NCBI GenBank assembly: GCA_050174515.1
Contig: JBFXJV010000001.1
Span: 1-33,056 of the forward strand
Length of the DNA stretch: 33,056 nt
Source of the DNA: Methylocystis sp.
GTDB taxonomy: Bacteria > Pseudomonadota > Alphaproteobacteria > Rhizobiales > Beijerinckiaceae
Reading direction: 5' to 3'
In this document: piece after piece, positions 28,075 through 33,056 of the stretch
Position numbering within the stretch: position 1 is the stretch's first letter
Layout of the letters: every line of letters starts with the position of its first letter
The notes under the pieces: model-generated
What the model was told of the DNA's origin: nothing
What the model saw: the letters and a program-made list of their open reading frames with translations, nothing else
The model's database searches: none
Program-made: the position numbers and the translations under genes

Positions 28075-29883
28075 CTACCAGTAAACTTGAGCGCGGACTT
28101 CGAAGAGATCAGGATGCGATTGGCTCTGATATCTTCCTTGGAGGGCCAGCAATGCTGACGGCGCTAGAGCAAGTGGCGTATACCCCCCCGGAGAGAGTCC
28201 TTGCAGCGGAGCGGACCAATGCAGCACATGAGTCCAGTTGGCCTGGAAGTGGAAACCATTGTCCGGATACCAGTTGATGCCTAAGGTCGTGTTCTCCTGG
28301 CGGCCGCCGGCGATGCCCGCCTGATTGGCGATCACCCCGGCCATGGCGGAGTTCGGAGCAATGAGCGTCGAATAGGTGAGCATGTTGTAGAGGCCCGAAC
28401 CCGACCAGCGACCGCTGTTAAGGTTGAGCGCGCTGTATCGGGCGGCGACGCTGATGGCGCCGGGACCGCCCTTGCTGAACGGGTGGAGAATTTTGACCTG
28501 CTCGAAGGACGCGCCGTTCTTGTCCTTCACGCTGTAAGCTTCGGCGCGCGCCTCGCCGGTGATGTACCACTGGCCGTATCCATAGAAGCCGTTGAAATAG
28601 GCTGAGGAACCGCCCGGCGTAAAGTTACCCAGGATCGCCGACTGCAGCATTTTGCTGGGGTTACGGTTCACCTGCATGCCGATATATTCGCCCTGGAACG
28701 AGAGCGGACCCCACGCGCCGGCCAGTTCGAAGCCGAACTGGACTTCGTTGTTGACGCATTTGCCCGGAACGCCGGGTGTGACGCCGATAACATTCCCCGG
28801 AATTCCGCCAAGCGGGAACCCAGTGGCGCCGCAGGAAAGATCGGGAGTGCCGAGCGTTTGCATGCCGAGGACGTTCGCCTCAGAACGCTCGCGGTTGCCG
28901 ACGCGCAGCATGCGGTCATCGGAGAGTCCAGTGGCGTCATTCGGCTGGTGATAACGGCCGGCGACGCCGAGATGGAGAATCTCATTCTCGGTCTTGATCG
29001 GCGCATAGGTGAAACGGCCGGTCACATCGAAATAATCGCCGCCGCCCCGGGGCACCGGCGCCCAGAAGGTCGCCGGCGCGCCGATCAAACCTGGGTTGAA
29101 GTTGGCGTCCTCGAAACTTGTCGTGAAAACGCCGGCCCTGGCCGTCCAGTTTTCGCCGTGACTCGCGGCGGAGACGCCAAGATGACGGAACGGCGCGAGG
29201 CCCGGGACCGCCATCGGGCGCTCGATGAAATCGATATATTTCGATGAGTTCATCGCGTCCAGGCTAAACGGCTCATATGTCGAGCCGACGTGGATCCATA
29301 CCGGACTGGTGGCGTAGGGAAGTTCGCTGTTCGGAATCTTCAGTCCGATATAAGCGTCGCGGATGCCGCCTAGCCCCGAGCCGGTGAAGTCATATTGCAG
29401 CTTGTAGAACCATATCTTCGCGGCCACGCCTTCAGCAAACATACGCACGCGACGGATGCCCGCGTGGCCAGCATAACCGTAGTTCGTCGGAACGCCGATC
29501 GGATTAGTGATGCCGCCGCCGTCAATCTGAATGCGGCCGCCGATTCTGAAGCTATATGCCTTGTCCTCAGTCTGGACAAAGAGGCCGTTCCTGAAACTCA
29601 CGAAGACCGGCGGCGGCGGCGGATGGCCGTGACCGTCCTTGCTGACATGCGCGTGAGCGGCGTTCGCCACATTCGTCGCGATTTTCGCCTGCGCTTTCGC
29701 GCCGTGCGCCTCGTGACGAAGCTTGGCGACCTCCGCTTCCAATGGACGAAGTCTGGCGATCTCCGCCTCCAGCATGCGCAGTCGCGCTTCAGTGCCGCTG
29801 TCCATCGCGCCAGCGCCGGTCGTCGAGAGCAACGTCCCCACCGTCGCTAGAGCGAGTGATTGATTGATCCGAGTATTTGCCAT
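28075..29883 (-). CDS. Phosphate-selective porin, OprO/OprP family (porin 1)
   Basis: Signal peptide, IGGRIQID, IRRVRM..EG, YKLQYDF, IRDAY, FIERP, GFYG..QW.ITGE, ARYS, TLGINWY and a C-terminal aromatic YW. Confidence 0.9.
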   Translation of the reverse strand: MANTRINQSLALATVGTLLSTTGAGAMDSGTEARLRMLEAEIARLRPLEAEVAKLRHEAHGAKAQAKIATNVANAAHAHVSKDGHGHPPPPPVFVSFRNGLFVQTEDKAYSFRIGGRIQIDGGGITNPIGVPTNYGYAGHAGIRRVRMFAEGVAAKIWFYKLQYDFTGSGLGGIRDAYIGLKIPNSELPYATSPVWIHVGSTYEPFSLDAMNSSKYIDFIERPMAVPGLAPFRHLGVSAASHGENWTARAGVFTTSFEDANFNPGLIGAPATFWAPVPRGGGDYFDVTGRFTYAPIKTENEILHLGVAGRYHQPNDATGLSDDRMLRVGNRERSEANVLGMQTLGTPDLSCGATGFPLGGIPGNVIGVTPGVPGKCVNNEVQFGFELAGAWGPLSFQGEYIGMQVNRNPSKMLQSAILGNFTPGGSSAYFNGFYGYGQWYITGEARAEAYSVKDKNGASFEQVKILHPFSKGGPGAISVAARYSALNLNSGRWSGSGLYNMLTYSTLIAPNSAMAGVIANQAGIAGGRQENTTLGINWYPDNGFHFQANWTHVLHWSAPLQGLSPGGYTPLALAPSALLALQGRYQSQSHPDLFEVRAQVYW

Positions 29884-29943
29884 GTCCCAGCCTCGCGCTT
29901 GGTTGGTTTAGAAAAACAGCGCACGACTTATGGCCGTTATTGG

Positions 29944-29961
29944 ATGACGCTTCGGTGACAA
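29944..29961 (-). promoter_or_regulatory. Pho box upstream of porin 1
   Basis: Minus strand TTGTCACCGAAGCGTCAT, whose first 11 nt are identical to the pstS box (TTGTCACCGAA). About 60 bp upstream of the ATG. Confidence 0.8.
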
Positions 29962-29974
29962 ATGAAGCTGTCTT

Positions 29975-30260
29975 ACAGTACTTAAGCGCCTCAAAACTCA
30001 CTATGTACGAATATGTTGCTAGTGTACAACACACTTATCAGTACTTATATATCGCATAAAGCACATATAAGGTCCATCCAACTCAATCTATACGTACAAA
30101 AATGAGTCATAGACGTATAGCATGTACAGTGGTATTTTTCACTTTTATGTCATCTAGCGTACAATCTCGATAAAGTACTCATTCAGAAAACATTTAGAAA
30201 TATGGTGTCTAATTTATACGAATAGAAAACAGTACAGAAATAATATATTATGTCCAGAAA
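29975..30260. other. AT-rich non-coding block with a GTAC cluster
   Basis: GTAC at 29978, 30005, 30024, 30041, 30094, 30124, 30159, 30175 and 30232. Confidence 0.8.
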
Positions 30261-30623
30261 TACTGTAGCAACACATGTCTGCGAATATCCGCTCGGGTTA
30301 AGCAGGCGCATCGCGTCGCCGCCCATTGACGTGCCGACCTCCGCTCTGCGCGGCGGGTCGAATGAAGAGGTTTCAAGAAGCGACCGAAACAGTTGCAGGC
30401 TTCTCACCTGCCGGCCGTGGATCCAGCCCGCCGTCCACCGCTGCAAAACGGGCGCAAAGCTTATCGCCGAAGGGGCGTGGTGGCGGACTTGGCTGAACGG
30501 GGCTGAAATAGTCCTCGTCGATCAGCCACTCGCAGGATTAAAGCCTGCGAGCGCTCCCGTGAGCGATAGATCGGGCGCAGGAAATAAATTTCAAAATTTG
30601 ACGTGTCGAAAATGAAGTCGAAT

Positions 30624-30655
30624 TGAGAACGTCCCGAATGTTCGGGACGTTCTCA
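30624..30655. repeat. 32-bp palindrome
   Basis: TGAGAACGTCCCGAA-TG-TTCGGGACGTTCTCA, perfect 15-bp arms. Confidence 0.85.
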
Positions 30656-30919
30656 TCCTTCGTTAACGAATCTCACGCTCGACGCGTCGATGCGGCGTTG
30701 GATTTCCTGCTTCTTAAGCCGCGTCCGCCGGCTCGCTGACATCTTGCCGCACACGCCTTCTTTAGGCATGGTGACCGTGAACCTAAACCGACGGCCGGGC
30801 GAGCATCCTGCGATTCGCCCGCCCATCACGGCGCACTCAACCCCGCTTTCACGACGGGATGCTCATGCATAGCATAGCGTGGGATGTGTCGTACATCTTC
30901 CTTGTTGAAGGCGACCAAC

Positions 30920-31570
30920 GTGCTGCTCATCGACGATTTTCTGGACGACGACCAATGCGCGCGCTTCCGACAGCGCCTTCTCAATGCGCCATTTGTTTCG
31001 GGGTCGTCGACGGCCGGCGGCATGGCCGCGAACGTTAAAAAAAATCTTCAGCTCGACGAGCGGAAGGCCGGCAAGACTCTCGACGAGATCAAATCGCTCA
31101 TCCTGGCGCATCCGGAAGTCGATCTGTTCGCCATGCCGGAACGGCTCGTGGGCGTCATAGTCAATCGATACGATGAGGGAATGGAATACGGCAATCACTC
31201 GGATTCACCGATCATGGAGGGCGTGCGCTGCGATCTGTCCTTCACGCTGTTTCTCGAAGATCACAGCAATTACGAGGGCGGCGAACTCGTGCTCGAGCAA
31301 GAGCATGGGCTCATCAAGGTCAAACCCAAGATCGGCAGCATTTTCATTTATTCCACCGGCCTGACCCATCGCGTCGCCAAGGTGACGCGCGGTAGCCGTC
31401 TCGCCTGCGTCGGTTGGATCAAGAGCCGCATTCGCGACGAAGGCCGACGGAAAGTTCTACGCGACCTCAACGCCGTTCTCGGCGCTTATATGGAAAAGAA
31501 CGGACATGACGCGGTCGCCGACCTGCAGCTGAAAATCATCGGCGATCTGATCCGCATGTGGCATGAGTGA
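30920..31570 (+). CDS. PKHD-type Fe(II)/2-oxoglutarate hydroxylase (PiuC/YbiX family)
   Basis: G..TAG..A..VK.NLQL, NRY...YGNHSD (HxD), DLSFTLFL, YEGGEL, HRV..VTRGSR and LIRMW. GTG 30920 with GAAGG RBS (alternative ATG 30884). Confidence 0.92.
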   Translation: MLLIDDFLDDDQCARFRQRLLNAPFVSGSSTAGGMAANVKKNLQLDERKAGKTLDEIKSLILAHPEVDLFAMPERLVGVIVNRYDEGMEYGNHSDSPIMEGVRCDLSFTLFLEDHSNYEGGELVLEQEHGLIKVKPKIGSIFIYSTGLTHRVAKVTRGSRLACVGWIKSRIRDEGRRKVLRDLNAVLGAYMEKNGHDAVADLQLKIIGDLIRMWHE

Positions 31571-31611
31571 GCGGACTCCGCCTCGGCTCTGGCGCCTGCA
31601 AAACTTAAATC

Positions 31612-31646
31612 GAAATAAAAATCCCGCCGGAAGAACCGGCGGGATT
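31612..31646 (-). terminator. Terminator between the convergent porin 2 and hydroxylase genes
   Basis: AATCCCGCCGG-5nt-CCGGCGGGATT, followed by a T-rich tract on the minus strand. Confidence 0.85.
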
Positions 31647-31672
31647 GCTTGAGAGTCAGACAAGAGAGACTG

Positions 31673-33056
31673 TTACCACCAGACTTCCGCGCGGGTGAGG
31701 AACGAACTGGTGTTGTTGCGGGCGAGCCAGGGCTGGTTAAACGGCGCGACATTGTCCAAGACGCGTCCGTAGTTGAACAGGAAGCGGTAGCCCTTTTCCG
31801 GATACCAGTTCAGGCCCAACGTGATCTTGTTGACCCGCCCGCCGGTGACTCCGACCGAATTCGCGGCGAGAACGGCCGGGAAAAGTCCCGCGGGCGTGGC
31901 GACGCCGGGAATGAGGCCGAGCGCGCCGTATGCCGGGAGATAGCTCCAGGCGCCTTGCGCGCCGTTGTCGAGGTTGATTGAACTCCAACGCCCCGCGACT
32001 TCCCAGGCTCCGTAGCCGCCCTTGCTGACCGGATTGAGGATCTTGGGCTGCGTCGAGAAGGTGTAGGGCGTGTTGATATTGTGGTCGATGTCCGTATAGG
32101 CCGTGATGCGCGTTTCGCCGGTCAGGAACAGCTGCGCCTGCACATAAAAGCCGTCAAACGCTGCGGAGCTTTGGAGACCTTGTCCTGCCGCGAGTCGCGC
32201 CGCCTGAAGCGCGGGCACGCCCGTCAAGGCGGTGGGGGTAATCAGCAGGCCGGCCGAGTTGTAGGAGTTGCGGTTATAGTATTGCTGAGAATATTCGGCC
32301 TGAATGCTGAAGGGCCCGTGAATGCCCACGAATTCGACGTTGAACTGGGTGGAGTTTTTCAGACAGCCGTTCTGAAGAAGCGAGCCGTTCAACCCAGGGT
32401 AAGACGCCCACACTGAGCCGAAGAGATTGAACGGACCGCCTGGATTGCACGACATATCCGGGGTCTCGAGCAGGCGCGTGTTCAACGCATTGGCTTCGTT
32501 GCGCACGCCGCGTCCAACACGCAATTCATCATTCGTCGCTCCGCTCGCGCCATTGTTTTGATAATAGCGCCCCGTGGCGCCGATATGGATCAGATCCTCT
32601 TCGGTGCGGATCGGCAGGAAGACTGCACGGCCGTCAACCTCCCAATACTGGCCAAGCCTAGTGTTGAACGGACGAATGGAGCTGTCTTGCGGGCTGGTGC
32701 TGTAGAGACCGGCCTTGACGCCCCAATTATGACCGCCGCTGGCGATCGACGCGCCGAGATGTCGCCTTGGCGTGTTGAAGGCGTCCGACATCATCGAGCG
32801 CTCGATGAAGGTGATGCCGGAGTTTGAGGTGCTCATCGCCTCGAGACCCAGCGGCCTCAACTGATTGGCGAGTTGGATGACGATTGGCGTCTCGTAGGGG
32901 AGGCCGATCGTCGTCAAGAGCGGATATTTGAACGCCAGCCACGCGTCGCGGACGTTCGCGGAGCTTCCGCTGCCGCTGCTTCCGCCGAATTCAAATTGCG
33001 TCCGGTAATACCAATATTTGAATGCCTTGCCGGCGATATCGAGACGGGCGCGACGC
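31673..33056 (-). CDS. Phosphate-selective porin, OprO/OprP family (porin 2, 5'-partial)
   Basis: Frame open to the window end (RRARLDIAGKAFKYWYYRTQFEF...VRDAW), with FIERS, GFYVQ...LTGE, GAWEVAGRWS, TLGLNWY and a C-terminal WW. Confidence 0.9.
   Translation of the reverse strand, partial: RRARLDIAGKAFKYWYYRTQFEFGGSSGSGSSANVRDAWLAFKYPLLTTIGLPYETPIVIQLANQLRPLGLEAMSTSNSGITFIERSMMSDAFNTPRRHLGASIASGGHNWGVKAGLYSTSPQDSSIRPFNTRLGQYWEVDGRAVFLPIRTEEDLIHIGATGRYYQNNGASGATNDELRVGRGVRNEANALNTRLLETPDMSCNPGGPFNLFGSVWASYPGLNGSLLQNGCLKNSTQFNVEFVGIHGPFSIQAEYSQQYYNRNSYNSAGLLITPTALTGVPALQAARLAAGQGLQSSAAFDGFYVQAQLFLTGETRITAYTDIDHNINTPYTFSTQPKILNPVSKGGYGAWEVAGRWSSINLDNGAQGAWSYLPAYGALGLIPGVATPAGLFPAVLAANSVGVTGGRVNKITLGLNWYPEKGYRFLFNYGRVLDNVAPFNQPWLARNNTSSFLTRAEVWW

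Noticed and set aside
29975-30260. CRISPR array or replication origin in the AT-rich block
   Set aside because: There are no 23-47-bp repeats with regular spacers, no cas genes, and I saw no DnaA boxes (TTATCCACA) or iterons.
30183-30872. ORFs 30250-30615, 30183-30446 and 30690-30872
   Set aside because: No RBS, motif or protein-like composition, and the first two straddle the AT-rich boundary.
25514-31570. RiPP cluster made of the small Cys/His peptides plus the 2OG-Fe(II) oxygenase
   Set aside because: The peptides carry Sec signals, the oxygenase is a cytoplasmic PiuC type about 5 kb away on the other strand, and no RiPP maturase, protease or exporter is present.

Overview
GC-rich alphaproteobacterial (Hyphomicrobiales) chromosome segment. 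The gene set and style suggest a Methylocystis-like organism, but that is inference. Bases 1-25.2 kb are mostly housekeeping: a partial HisKA_2 kinase, queG, a WD40 protein, an MNT-HEPN toxin-antitoxin pair, thiD, yqeY, carA, a DUF2975-YozG-peptidase module, dapF, mtaB, a sorbosone dehydrogenase, a TerC protein, a TPR lipoprotein, rpsU, a Zur-boxed Zn ABC operon with a COG0523 GTPase, a CysQ-like phosphatase, waaA and lpxK. Bases 25.3-33 kb form an accessory phosphate-porin island. It holds two OprO/OprP-type porins, an orphan pstS, a PKHD-type Fe(II)/2OG hydroxylase and Pho boxes upstream of pstS and porin 1. The ORF track does not show four further features. (1) A decayed third porin gene whose 5' and 3' ends, with its terminator, bracket pstS and two small secreted His-rich and Cys-rich proteins. 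(2) An AT-rich 260-bp block with nine GTAC sites upstream of porin 1. (3) A 32-bp palindrome upstream of the hydroxylase. (4) A heptamer-repeat hairpin inside the zinc operon. All calls come from reading motifs by eye; no database searches were run.
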